Source: an uncultured virus (IMG/VR IMGVR_UViG_3300033144_003013)
Taxonomy: Duplodnaviria; Heunggongvirae; Uroviricota; Caudoviricetes
Strand: one strand, 5' to 3'
IMG/VR virus record: IMGVR_UViG_3300033144_003013
Length of the DNA: 64,000 nucleotides
A program made the position numbers and the translations under genes. Shown here in pieces: positions 10,457-22,300 of the stretch. Position 1 is the stretch's first letter. Each line of letters begins with the position of its first letter. The notes under the pieces are model-generated. The model saw nothing but the letters and a program-made list of their open reading frames with translations. It did not search any database and had not been told where the DNA came from.

Positions 10457-11836
10457 TTATTGTTTACTTTCCCTTTGTTTTCTCCTTTCGAGTAGTTCTT
10501 TGATACGTACTTTGTTTTTTTCTTCTTTTTGTTCTTCCAAACCTAAGAAAGTAACACTTGAGTCCGTATCAATCTCTAACATTTCGTTATCGAATTTACA
10601 ATTTTCAAATACAATACCGTCTTTACCAATTCTTGACTTGGTAATCGCTATCGTTGCTAAATTCATTTCTTTCTGTTGTAGGGATTTTGCAACAGAAATA
10701 ATAACGTGACCAACTTGAGCTTTCTTAATTGAACCCCCCATTTGGTCTGTAGTTACAACTTCAGAAGATATAGATGACCTGTTACCTTGAGTAGCCGTCC
10801 ATCCTGCAATGTCTAATTCATGACACATGGATTCAAATCCTCTCATTACTGAACCTTCACTTTTCCATTCGTCCCCTAAATTTTTATCAGGAACGATACA
10901 ATCAATATAATCTACCACGACCATATCTATTTTAGTACCTTCAGCCATCATTTTACGAATCTGATTTTTAATTTGATTCATAGTTAAAGTATCTGAAGGT
11001 AATTTTTTCAAGATAAGTCTATTAGGTGCGTTTTCTTTAATCTGTCTAACCTTTTCCAAAACTTCTTCTTTATGTAAAGATAAATTGTCAGGTGCAATTT
11101 TAGTCCACATAGTAAAGTGTTTTCTCTGTATAATCTTAGGGTTGTCTTCAAAAAATATTTGAAGTACGTTATACCCCAAGTTAAACGCATTGTTTGATAT
11201 TTTACTAAGAACAGTTGTTTTACCAACACCTGTAGGTGCCAATATAACCCCAATCTCACCCTTAGCTAACCCTCCTTTCAAAAGATTATCAATACCAGGT
11301 ATACCAATCGGTATAGGATGTCTAAAGTCGTCATCCAACACCTCATCCAAATTAAAGAACACATCTGCAGTTCCAGTGTCTACTTCTCCAACCTGTAAAG
11401 CCTCTCTAACCATCTCTTCAAGATAGTCGTAAGATTCAAAATCACCTTTATCAATGATTTTTTGAGCTTTAGTCATAACTTTCTGTAATTCTTGTTGTTT
11501 ACAGAACTTTAAAGACTTTTCTTGAACGTATTGATAACCATCATTAGGTGTTTCATTAACCTGATTAATCATATCTAAGACCATTTTTTGGGCCATAGGT
11601 GAGGTTACCTCAGATTTAGTTATTTGTTCAAGTGTTGAGAATGAAGGAGCATGTTCGTACTTGTGATAATACTCCTTTGTCATCTGCATGATTAACTTAA
11701 AATATTGATTGTCAAAGTATTTTGGTTCAAGTACATCTACAATCGAAGCCGCAAAATCCTTATATAGAATAATGTTATTAAGTAGCTGTAATTGAAATGT
11801 GTTACCGAGGTATCCAAAATTTTTTTCTTTTGACAT
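10457..11836 (-). CDS. Replicative DnaB-family helicase, T4 gp41-like
   Basis: Walker A APTGVGKT, VVVDYID and WTATQGNR. Confidence 0.92.
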   Translation of the reverse strand: MSKEKNFGYLGNTFQLQLLNNIILYKDFAASIVDVLEPKYFDNQYFKLIMQMTKEYYHKYEHAPSFSTLEQITKSEVTSPMAQKMVLDMINQVNETPNDGYQYVQEKSLKFCKQQELQKVMTKAQKIIDKGDFESYDYLEEMVREALQVGEVDTGTADVFFNLDEVLDDDFRHPIPIGIPGIDNLLKGGLAKGEIGVILAPTGVGKTTVLSKISNNAFNLGYNVLQIFFEDNPKIIQRKHFTMWTKIAPDNLSLHKEEVLEKVRQIKENAPNRLILKKLPSDTLTMNQIKNQIRKMMAEGTKIDMVVVDYIDCIVPDKNLGDEWKSEGSVMRGFESMCHELDIAGWTATQGNRSSISSEVVTTDQMGGSIKKAQVGHVIISVAKSLQQKEMNLATIAITKSRIGKDGIVFENCKFDNEMLEIDTDSSVTFLGLEEQKEEKNKVRIKELLERRKQRESKQ

Positions 11837-11878
11837 ATTTTATTGAGTTTTAATCTTCTTTGTAGAATATAAATATGG

Positions 11879-12331
11879 TTAAACTAGTTGATAATCCATG
11901 TACTTGTGAGTTAAATTTTCACTAGAGAAAATGTCAGTCAAATCACGAAGTAGCTTTTTTAGGTGTGGGCGTACGTCCACGGTATATCTTGTCTTAGGTG
12001 GGTACATTTTAGCATCCCAAATTCTATGACAAATTGTCTCATCTCCAATCTTAACATATATGTTAAAATACTCAGGTCCTTCAGTATTTGAAGTCTCTAA
12101 AATGTCAGGATTAGACATAATTTGTTGTGCGTTTTCAGTCATATAATTAGAAGCCTTAACTTTTAAATCCTCTTGGATTTTTTCTGCAACATCTCTAATT
12201 AGACTGTAGAGTTCAACACTTTTTCTCGCCTTAGGATTATAACCCTTAACATTGAAGTATCTCTGTACTACGAAATTGTCGTTGAGTGTCATCAAGAACT
12301 CCAGTTTTGTTGTTTCTATTTTTTCTTTCAT
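11879..12331 (-). CDS. Hypothetical phage protein
   Basis: 150-aa ORF overlapping the end of the exonuclease gene within the replication cluster. Confidence 0.75.
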   Translation of the reverse strand: MKEKIETTKLEFLMTLNDNFVVQRYFNVKGYNPKARKSVELYSLIRDVAEKIQEDLKVKASNYMTENAQQIMSNPDILETSNTEGPEYFNIYVKIGDETICHRIWDAKMYPPKTRYTVDVRPHLKKLLRDLTDIFSSENLTHKYMDYQLV

Positions 12332-13344
12332 ATTAAACGTTTTTTTGTTTTAAATCTTCTTTTTTCTTTTCTTGTTAGTTTCATAAAAGGGGTTAAAAAT
12401 TCAACCCATGCGTTATCGTGTTTAGGTAAATATTTAAAAATTCCATCACTCATCATCATCCTCATTAAGTTTTTATATCCTCTACCATCAGGGTCTAAAT
12501 TTTCCGTATGGTATTCTTCAATAATAACTTTTGATTCATCAGTTAATAATGGTTGGGACAAATCTACGAGTTTTTTATTAATTACAAAAAATTCTTCACC
12601 ATAAATTCCTTTTCTTGTTTTACCCGAAAGTAAATTTTGTAATGCTCGATTGTCTTTATCATTTTTATGTAACTCCTCAGCACGTTTTAAAATATCGTCA
12701 ATAGTTACCACACTATCAACTATTTCGGGAAATAACTTAACAAATGTTTTTTCCCCCATATATCTAATACCATCAATATTATCAGATTTATCACCTGAAA
12801 TTATTTTAAATGTTGATATATTTTGATGAGGTATTGAGATGTCTTTTAGAGGTACCATATCTCCGTTTCTAAGGGTTATCTTCTTCATCGGTTGGTACAC
12901 CTCTACTTTTTCTGAGATAAGCTGTGTAAGGTCCTTATCTGAAGAAAAAATAGTTTTATATTCATCTTCAGATATTTGACAGTAATACGCTATTAAGTCA
13001 TCACTCTCAGTATTTTTTACCGAAACTTGTCTTATGAACATTTCCTCTAAATAGGCCTTAACCCTTTGAACTTGCCATTCAAAGGATTCTTTCTTAGCCT
13101 CATTTAATGTTTGTTTACGATTTTGTTTGTAATCGGGTGATATGAGTTTTCTTTGAGACGAGTTATTTTCTCCGTCCCAAAATACAATTACTTTGTCGTA
13201 ATTATACTCATTTAGAAATCTTTTGATTGTATTAACGAAATGATATATACCTCCAATATGTTTTCCTTCGTGATAGAAATCTCTAACACCATGAAAACCT
13301 ATTTTAAATAAATTATTTCCGTCAATTAATAATGTTTTAACCAC
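12328..13344 (-). CDS. 5'-3' exonuclease / flap endonuclease, T4 RNase H-like
   Basis: Motifs LLIDGNN, YKQNR, ESDDLIA, SSDKDL and GDKSDNIDG; GTG start. Confidence 0.92.
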   Translation of the reverse strand: MVKTLLIDGNNLFKIGFHGVRDFYHEGKHIGGIYHFVNTIKRFLNEYNYDKVIVFWDGENNSSQRKLISPDYKQNRKQTLNEAKKESFEWQVQRVKAYLEEMFIRQVSVKNTESDDLIAYYCQISEDEYKTIFSSDKDLTQLISEKVEVYQPMKKITLRNGDMVPLKDISIPHQNISTFKIISGDKSDNIDGIRYMGEKTFVKLFPEIVDSVVTIDDILKRAEELHKNDKDNRALQNLLSGKTRKGIYGEEFFVINKKLVDLSQPLLTDESKVIIEEYHTENLDPDGRGYKNLMRMMMSDGIFKYLPKHDNAWVEFLTPFMKLTRKEKRRFKTKKRLI

Positions 13345-13362
13345 TTTATCTGTGTTAAATTG

Positions 13363-14364
13363 TTACACTTCTTTTTCTTCTTCCAATTTGAAATCACCTT
13401 CAGTTCCGATAACTTCTTTCCAATATGTCGATTGTTCCCCCTTATATTTTTCAATTGATTTTTTTTCTTCGGTACTATCTTTACCTGCTAAAAATCCATG
13501 AGGAGTTACAATTATTCTCCCGTCAGCGTATCCCAATCCATTGATATGATTTTTCATAACAGAGATTTTTGTCCTTGACGCAAATTTAACTTTTCTTTTA
13601 TCTTTAACCGCCGATATATTAGTTGTACCTGCGTTTTTTTGATTACCAAATAAAAATACTAATGATGAGTTTAACCATATTGATTCCCCTCCTTTAGCCT
13701 TAATCTTCGGTTGTCCAAATGGGTTATCAGGTAACTCTACCCAAGGTTGATTTACAATTACTAATGTGTTTTCATATTTTGAATCCGCCTTTCTCGAACC
13801 TGAAATTCTTTGATTAATTCCCATACCTATTTTATCCGCTAAAGTAGATGCGTTATGTTGTTTCCCTCCTTTACCATCAAATGTCATTTTACAAGGTACT
13901 GAACCAACAGAATCCCATAGGAATAATAAATCATATTCTAATTCTCCTTTTGATTGAGCGTCTAATAATTCATTGATATAATCAGTTATTTGTTCAATAT
14001 AGTTAAAGTTATTATTAAAGATGAAAAATCCATCCCAATCTAACTCTCCCGTTTCTTCATCAACAACTTCTTCACATTCAAAACCCATTAATTGTGCGTG
14101 TTCAAAAGACCATTTTTGTTCTGTAATTATGAATACAGGAAGTATACCCTTTTTCTGAGCGTCTACAGCAGCTTTAACTAATGCCGTAGTTTTTCCCGTA
14201 TCTGAATGACCTAAGAACATGTTTAAGTGTCCTATCGCAGGACCAGGTACTCCCACAGCATCTAAAAAGTTTTCACCTAAATCTAAAAATCTTTGAGGTT
14301 TGTACTTTGCGGATGTAGAGAATTTTTTCTTTATACTACTAAAATCTTTTTTCTTTATTGCCAT
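13363..14364 (-). CDS. RecA/UvsX-like recombinase
   Basis: Walker A GHSDTGKT, LWDSVGS, IVNQ and KNH. Start moved to MAIKKK (14364) because the track start lies inside a hairpin. Confidence 0.88.
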   Translation of the reverse strand: MAIKKKDFSSIKKKFSTSAKYKPQRFLDLGENFLDAVGVPGPAIGHLNMFLGHSDTGKTTALVKAAVDAQKKGILPVFIITEQKWSFEHAQLMGFECEEVVDEETGELDWDGFFIFNNNFNYIEQITDYINELLDAQSKGELEYDLLFLWDSVGSVPCKMTFDGKGGKQHNASTLADKIGMGINQRISGSRKADSKYENTLVIVNQPWVELPDNPFGQPKIKAKGGESIWLNSSLVFLFGNQKNAGTTNISAVKDKRKVKFASRTKISVMKNHINGLGYADGRIIVTPHGFLAGKDSTEEKKSIEKYKGEQSTYWKEVIGTEGDFKLEEEKEV

Positions 14365-14380
14365 ATTCTTTTTAAATAAT

Positions 14381-14410
14381 GATGGTAACGACACTAATGT
14401 CGTTACCATC
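14381..14410. promoter_or_regulatory. Perfect 13-bp hairpin between the SSB and recombinase genes
   Basis: GATGGTAACGACA-CTAA-TGTCGTTACCATC. Confidence 0.75.
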
Positions 14411-14424
14411 GATTGGTTAGTCTA

Positions 14425-15279
14425 TTAAAATGGTAAGTCTGTATCAACTCCCATACTTGATTGTGGGTCTTTTGTTTCTTCAACTTTGTCTGTTGAACCA
14501 CCTCCAAGTGTCACTTCCGAATCATCACCGTAAACATACTTCTTAAGTTCAGTATCCCAAACAGGTGTTTCTCCTCTTGATATAGCCTCTAAATATTCTA
14601 CAGGTTTTTGTGCGTAAACATCCTGCCAAGTTAGTTCATCTTCCATCCACTCTTTCATTTGAGTAGAGTCTTCATGAATAGGACATGGGTCATCATACAT
14701 TACAGTTTGTACCACTGTATACTCAATACCCTTTGGTGTCTTCGCTTTAGAAAGTTCAATCATTAAATCTCTACCCTCATTCGCGTCTGTGATATCACCT
14801 TTAGCCTTCCAAATTGGAATGATTTTATCTAAAATACCTTCTTGTTTGTAGTTATCTTTAAATCTCCAAAATTTAGGTCCGTGGTCCTCGTTATCTCTAT
14901 CAACAAGTTTTACAATATAAAACTTACGTGGTCTGTATTGTCTAGCCAATTCTTTATCAGAATCTTTTCCTGTCGATATTAGTTCTTCATAAACCTCGGT
15001 TAATGGTGAACGTTCCCCGTCATTTTTACCTGGGTCATAAAGTTTAGTCCACTTACCGTCAATCTGAACTTCGTGGTACCACACCTCTTTAAATGGTGAT
15101 GAACCGTCAGGAGTTGGTAGTATTCTAACTTTTTTCTGACCTGATTTAGTTCCCTTAGGAAGATACGTTGTAAAATAACGTTTTAGTCTGTCTTCTTGTG
15201 AAATCGATTGATTTCCGTTGTTTGATTTTGCAGTATTTTTCTCATATTGAGCCAACACTGCGTCTAATGCATTTGCCAT
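14425..15279 (-). CDS. Single-stranded DNA-binding protein, T4 gp32-like
   Basis: VRILP…PFKEVWYH, GDITD…GRDL and an acidic C-terminal tail ending DLPF. Confidence 0.85.
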   Translation of the reverse strand: MANALDAVLAQYEKNTAKSNNGNQSISQEDRLKRYFTTYLPKGTKSGQKKVRILPTPDGSSPFKEVWYHEVQIDGKWTKLYDPGKNDGERSPLTEVYEELISTGKDSDKELARQYRPRKFYIVKLVDRDNEDHGPKFWRFKDNYKQEGILDKIIPIWKAKGDITDANEGRDLMIELSKAKTPKGIEYTVVQTVMYDDPCPIHEDSTQMKEWMEDELTWQDVYAQKPVEYLEAISRGETPVWDTELKKYVYGDDSEVTLGGGSTDKVEETKDPQSSMGVDTDLPF

Positions 15280-15322
15280 AGTTTTTTCTTTTTACTCGTT
15301 AAAAATTTATCTTATACTCAAG

Positions 15323-15354
15323 TTATAATATAACAAAGAAAGTCGCTAAGTCAA
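15323..15354 (-). promoter_or_regulatory. Putative early/middle promoter for the SSB-recombinase-helicase-RNR cluster
   Basis: TTGA-N14-TTGTTATATTATAA; the same 14-mer lies upstream of the SNF2 gene. Confidence 0.6.
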
Positions 15355-15366
15355 ATAATTTAAAAT

Positions 15367-15397
15367 AAAAAAAGACCATAATTAAATGGTCTCTTTT
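15367..15397 (-). terminator. Rho-independent terminator
   Basis: Minus strand AGACCAT-TTAATT-ATGGTCT followed by a T run, downstream of the 15424-16044 gene. Confidence 0.7.
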
Positions 15398-15423
15398 AGT
15401 GTGATATATATAATTGATTGGGG

Positions 15424-16044
15424 TTAGTATTCCTCCTCAAATGGTTTGTCAAATGAATTTTTAATATCGTTTTCTGAATAGTTTTCAACCTCATCTGGTG
15501 TTAAAACATATTCATTCTTACCCGTCTTTTCCATTTCAACTTCTTTATCCACAAAGAAATCAGTTAACTTTTGGTTATATGGATAACTATCTAAACTTCT
15601 AAGTTGTAATTTTTCTTCAGGAGATTTTTGACGATACTTTTCAACTTTAGTTTCAAGGTCGTTTATTTTATTTAATATTTTATCCATGTCTGATAGTTTA
15701 CTAGTTAAGTCCTCTAACCTATCCATCATACTATCCATATATTCTTCTTGTTTTTGTGACATATCTTTTTGAGTAGTCACTAAATCAGTAATATCTAATT
15801 CTTCAGTACCCGATTCTTCCACGTCTACAGATTCATCACCAGGTTCATCCACCACTTCAACATCGGGGTCAGATTCAACATCTACTGATTGAACTTCTTC
15901 CCCTTCTAAATCTACACCGTCTAACTCTAACTCGTCAGCCTCTTCTCCAGGTGTAGGTGGTAAGGGTGCGTCTTGTTCTGAAATATACCTATTAATAGTA
16001 TTGTATTTGGTAATTTCTTCTAGTATTTTTTTATCTACAGACAT
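15424..16044 (-). CDS. Acidic coiled-coil hypothetical protein, possibly a prohead core/internal protein
   Basis: 206-aa ORF with a very acidic N-terminal half, a coiled-coil segment and ILEE/ISE motifs. Confidence 0.7.
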   Translation of the reverse strand: MSVDKKILEEITKYNTINRYISEQDAPLPPTPGEEADELELDGVDLEGEEVQSVDVESDPDVEVVDEPGDESVDVEESGTEELDITDLVTTQKDMSQKQEEYMDSMMDRLEDLTSKLSDMDKILNKINDLETKVEKYRQKSPEEKLQLRSLDSYPYNQKLTDFFVDKEVEMEKTGKNEYVLTPDEVENYSENDIKNSFDKPFEEEY

Positions 16045-16055
16045 TTTATTATTTT

Positions 16056-16280
16056 TTAACCATTCAAAAGTGTTTTGACACCATGAGGTGTTTCAACTTT
16101 TAAAGTTCTATTTAGTTTCATAGAATTATCAACTCTTTCTATAAGGCCGTCTCTCATTCTTACGGTATAACAATCACCTGTGTCTAAATCACAAACTTCT
16201 TTGTAACCATTACCCGCATCTTTTTCAGTAATTCTCGTGTCTTTTGACAAATACTGGTCTAATAGTGTTTTCGTATCCAT
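16056..16280 (-). CDS. Hypothetical protein
   Basis: 74-aa ORF with a TATTTAT motif upstream at 16294-16300. Confidence 0.75.
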   Translation of the reverse strand: MDTKTLLDQYLSKDTRITEKDAGNGYKEVCDLDTGDCYTVRMRDGLIERVDNSMKLNRTLKVETPHGVKTLLNG

Positions 16281-16335
16281 AATGTTTTTATATATAAATA
16301 TAACTAAATTAGTGTTTTTCTTAATTTATTGAGTA

Positions 16336-19300
16336 TTAACTCCAAGACTCATTTGAAGTTTTAAATGTTTTTATTGAATCATTGAATAATTTTTTTGATA
16401 CCGAATCATTTTTTATATCTAAATCAACAGCCGCGATTATTGAGTCATCAACATTACTTCCCGCGTTTAATTCTTTATCTAATGTAGTAAATCTAAACGT
16501 ATAATACCATAGATAAGCAAAACTTTTCGCCAAATCACCATTAATTTGATTATTTACTAAAAACGCGTCAATTATTGGTGCGAATTGGTCACAAACTTTA
16601 GCCATAAATTCTATTGAATCTCCTGCATCTTCAAAAGAAAGGTACGGTACCACGTACTCACCATCCTGTACACATGTTTGTTTATCAAAATTTACTGTCC
16701 ATCTTTCATTACTTTTCATATTTTTTAAATTAAAGTAATTACTATTTAATGATTTTAAATTTTTACCAACACCTGTTTCAACATATCCAACACCATATAT
16801 AAACTTTTTAACATTTTCACTCAAACTAATTTGTTGTACCCCATTTTTAAATTGAGTTTGATTTATTTGTGTTTGTTTAATATCGTCATATGGTTTATCT
16901 AAATTTTGTACCGCCACACATTTAGTTGATTGTCCCTGCCTTTTAGCGTTCGTTTTAGATGAACTGTTTTTAATATAGTTACTTCTAGTTAATGTATTAC
17001 CCGTAGAATTACCTAATGAGGGTACTCTTCTTATTTCAGATAAGTAATTTTGAACAATATCTCTATTAACACTAGCGATTAATCCGTCTGGCATTTGTAA
17101 AGAATATTTACTTGTTCTCACCCCTTCGAATGATGTTTGAAAATCTCTCGTAGTTATATCGTGAGTTACACTTGTAATTAAGTATGGACCATAAAACATT
17201 GGGACGTATCTTAAATTAAAGTACATTGTTGGTTGTATCATTGCATTCCCCATTGAGGTTACACTACAGTTATAACTAGCACTCTTATAGAAGTTATATA
17301 AATTAGCGGTTTCTTGAGATACTTTTTGACCATCTGCCATAGACCCCATGTCTGCAAGTATTTGGAATGTCGGCGCAATGTTTTTTCTTTGTGACATATC
17401 AATTGATATTGATTTAAAAATTTGTTGATTTTGTACCCCAAAATCTACGTTAAATGCTACCACTTTATTTCTATTTGAAAAATTACTAACTCCATCTAAA
17501 GACGAGCGTAAAGGAGATAGTGAAGGTTTAGTAATATCAAAGGAATCGTCACCATAAAGATAGTTATCGTTTTCAGGTGAAGTATTAAAAGTTTTTGAAA
17601 CTTCACCAACATATATCGCTAAAAATTTAGGTTCGGAACCATGAGTATCCACTTCTAAAAATGTACCAAATGTATTATTACCAATATCATCAAATGAAGG
17701 GTCAGGCATACCTTCCTTAACTCTTAAATTCCTACCATAAAAATTAGAATAGGAAGGAGTAGGCATAAATATAAAATTATTTTTTTCTAATATGGTTCCT
17801 AATAGTGATAGTACACTTGCTGACGCATTAGCGGTTTTTAACGCACTTCTTAAATCTTCAATATTAATAACCACTTTATCACCAATAGGCCTATTCGCTT
17901 TATCCATGAATAAAAATTGTTCAAATAATGTTTTATTTTTAACGTCTTGACCGGATATCCATCTATCATTAAACGTTTTAAAGGTTGACCATAATTCATT
18001 TTTATTCGTATCCCCGTCTAATTTAGAAATTCTTGTTTGGGTGGCATTAACTTTAACTGAAGGTAAAGTTTTGTTAAGTTTTGTAAAAATTTGATTTAAC
18101 ATATCATTTTGAAATGTTATTTGTTCTGATAGAAAACTTTCAAACGTTTGTTGGAAATCACTTTTAGTTAAGTTGTTATTATTATATTTTTGAGTGGCGA
18201 AGACTTTTATTATTTGAGATAAACTCTTAACATTTTCCTCATTAAATCTTATGTCCATAGTTGGGAAAAAATCGGTAATATAAGAACCGTTGTCAGAATA
18301 TACCATGCCGTCTTCAACATATTCTCCAACATAATCATAAAGAGCATCCCATGCTTCAGGATTATTTATCTGACTTGATGAAAGGGTCACTAATCCTGTT
18401 GATGTGGGAACTGTTTCATTAACATAAGTGTCAAAATTTATTGGGTCTGTAGGTATTATAGTTTCATTAGTTGAAAAAGAGTCAAACACTCGTCTATTAA
18501 ATCTACCTGGATTACCTATCTTTAATATTATATCTCTTTCGGATATTTGTGTTCTATTTAAATTAACAAAATTATCTAATTGTGAATCAGATATGGTCTT
18601 TACGTCTTTTTCAGGATTATCTGTTAATGTAGGTTTATTAACTATTAATAAAGACTTCATAGCCCTTTCAATATTATAGTCATATTCCACATTAAATGAA
18701 CCTAAATATTCGTTATCATTTACCTCTGAAGGATTAAAAACTAAAGACTGATAATCTTTTTCTTTTTTACAAAAGTTTAAAAAATGTCTTTCGAACTCAT
18801 CTAACATTTCTTTTGAAAAAATAGCAAATATTTCTTCTATTGATTTATATTCCTCTTCGCTATCTTTATTTAATAAATTAAATGCATTTTGTTGGTTCTC
18901 TTCACTATCAATATATTTAATATATTCGTTTGTTTTAGGTTTTTTAACCCATTGGTTATTAAAATATCCAAAATTAGATGCTCCCCATAACGGTCTCACA
19001 TTACCATTTTGTATAGATTTATTATTAATATCTATGTTTTGTTTTAGATGTCCTTGTGAATTAAGACACTCCCTTTGTGCCTGTGTAAATTTCAAATAAC
19101 CTGAAGACGGTATAATTAATAATCTACCTGTTGAGTCTTCTTCATCAAAACTCGTATTACCCTCAAGGTCAAAATACTGAAAGTAACTACTATAAGTTAA
19201 AGTATTAAGGACATTATCTTGGTCATATCCTACAGGTAAGAAATTTGTCTGTGATTGACCTAATTTAAAATTACCATTATTGAAAAGGTCATTTATTTCA

Positions 19301-22300
19301 CCCCCATCATAATTAATTAAAGGCGATTTACCAGTAAAAAATTTATAAGTGTCATTTACTACTTTAGGGTAAAAACCATTTTTAGTAAATTGATAATTAA
19401 AGTTAACAGGAGTTCCAGGTAACGTTGGATTTGCAACGTTAGGTATTATTCCCGGTACTATATCGGTCTTTTGAGGAACGTAAGACATAGTCCCCCCCGT
19501 ATAATTTTGTACATTATATACTTTATTTATATTATTAGTTATTGGGTCATAAGCATTTACATAATTAAAGTCTTTCCATATACCATTTAAAATGTCTCCA
19601 TTACCCTTCTTATCTTCTTTATATCGATGCCATACTGAACCATATTTCAGTAACCAAAGGTAAGGTATCTTATGTATTGCAGCAAATTTACTAAGTCCCG
19701 CATAAAAATAATCTCCCCATTTAGTAGTATTAACCCCACTATTGGATTCATTACGTGTTAAGTATTTTTCGCTAAGTGTTGGTAACGGTAGTGAATTTAA
19801 ATATAAATAACCTAAACCAACGTATGGGTTTTCTTGAGAAAACGTCTCTCCTGAAACCCCTTTTAAAAGTGCGTTAATAAAATAAGGAGTATTCAAAAGG
19901 GAAGTAGTTTGTAATGATGTTAAATTATTTGTTGCTTCATCATAATTTGTCCCATAATCTAATGGACTTTCTGTTAAATAAAAATCTTTATTTTCTCTAT
20001 TATTGTAATAAGTCTTAACTTGGTCATTAGTGTTATATTGAGTACTATCACTTGAGTTACTAGTGTTTTGATTAGGGGCTGCAGGTTTATTTTTTTCATA
20101 CTGAAAATAAGTTAAATACCTATTTAAATATCTCTCATCTTTATCTGTTTCATCATCAAATGTCGCAAAACTCTTTTTTAATATATTAAAATTCATAACA
20201 TCTGTAGTACTATTAGCCTTATCTACACTACCAATACTAACACCATCTGCTACATTTTTTTGTAACCAATCTAAATTATTAAATGGAAAAACATCCATTA
20301 ATGTTGTGGCATTTGATGAGGTACCACTAATATAATCTTCTAATTGTTTAATAGACTCAACCGATGATATTAAATCAGTTGAACTTGTAGACATACTTTC
20401 TATACTATAAATCCCAAAATCTACATCAATATATCCTTTAATATAATTTTGAGTATAGATGTCTCTAACCTTTCTCGCCCAAAAACTTCCCTGTCCTCCG
20501 TTAGATATTGATGATAAATAACTATTAAATATTGATGAATTAAACTTAAACTCTTTAAATGTTTTTGTAAGTTGTGGACTATCGTTTAACCCTTCTTTTA
20601 TGTTTACAGATTCAAAGTCCGCTAAGACCGTATATAAACTTTTTCTAAAATTATTGTTTCTAACTACTTTACTGTAATTTGAACTTAAATATGTACGTTC
20701 AAATATTTCATAAAAAAATGATACAGCTTCTTCATTGACATATGGGTGGTTTTCGAAAGGAAATTCCACGGCATTTACTCCAATATATTTTGATACTTGT
20801 TTTTGGTTTCCATAGTTTATATTAACTTTCGGTTTGTCCCTTTCTAATGACGCAGTTATATATTCTTCAGTAAATTGAATTTCAGGCCATATAGAGTAGT
20901 CGTATCCCTTAATCGTTGAAATTACACTTGGTTGACCAGGATATTTTAAAGTATATTTAGTATTGTTATCTTCATCAATTTCTTCCTCAAAATATTGCGG
21001 CCAAGGATATACTATTGCGGTATTTTGTAGTGTATTACCTGTGGAACCACCTATAGTTACTTGGTCTAACATATTTTTACCGTCAACACCAAAAGATTTT
21101 TCGGGTGGTATAATAGCACTTAAACGAGTCTTATCCGTTCTTACATTCCAAGCCGCTTGATGTGTTTCATCCATTAACCTATAAAAAGCTTCCGCGTTTG
21201 CACAAATTACCGCCATAACATTGTTTATGGTTGGGTTGAAACCTAAACCAATATCAGAATTAATTATTTTTTTAGATAATGCTTCCGACAACTGTTTTTC
21301 AATAGTTTCTTTCTTTTCTTTAAAAGTATTTTCAATCTTAGCCAACTTAGCTAAAAAAGTTCCCGTTGCGAAGTTTTTATCTTTTATAACATTACCAAAT
21401 TTTATTAAAACTGAACCATCTTCATTTTCAGTTATTTCACCATCAGGACCAATATAATATGACTTAGAAGCGAGTTTAAAATCCGCCTTAAGTTTGGTTT
21501 CAAATGCTTCTAATTCACTCTGTGTTGGTTCACTTCCTTTTCTTAAAATATATGTAGTTTTGTAATCAATAGTTTCAGGGTCATCAATTAGAACCGTCAA
21601 ATCACTTGCCTTTATATTAACTGATATTTCAGCAGGATAATCCTTACCTTCTATCTCATATTTACCAGGTTTATAAAATGTAGGGTTATTCTTTAGACTT
21701 TGGTTTCCTTCATCTATTATACCTTTTAATTTAGATAACGCCGTTTTTCTTCCTTGTTCTTTTATTTCTTTTTTAAACCCGTATATTACCGATGATTTTG
21801 TATCGTTTAAAGCGTATATAGAGGACGGGTCTATATATGTATCAAACCAATTTTCATTTAAAGTAGGATAAACTTTTTTTCGATATGTTGTAATATTCTT
21901 TTCATACTCCACAATATTATTAAGAACTGACATATCTTCTTTAGAATACGCCTCCATTACATATCGATTAAAATACTCTAACCTCATCCTCATTTGATTC
22001 ATTGTGATTTCAGGAAAGTCATCATCAATTAACCCTTTGGATTTATACAAAGAGTAGACCTCTTTTATCTTCTGCATTCCTTTGGTAGTCTCAATCTTAT
22101 TTACCCCAACTGTACCATCTGATGTTCCAGGAGAATTATTATCTAATTCATACGTTTTAGGGTACATATGAGGAGTTGTGTAAATATAATCTAATAATGT
22201 GTCTTGTAAAAAGGCGTGTGATTTGGCAACATAAGAGGTAGTAATCTTATAACTTCCGTCTGATGGGTCAAATCTAGCATTAAAATCTTTTAATATTAAC

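Noticed and set aside
14365..14409. Track start codons at 14409, 38362 and 53885
   Set aside because: The extensions overlap a hairpin or promoter motifs; ATGs at 14364, 38386 and 53939 fit better.
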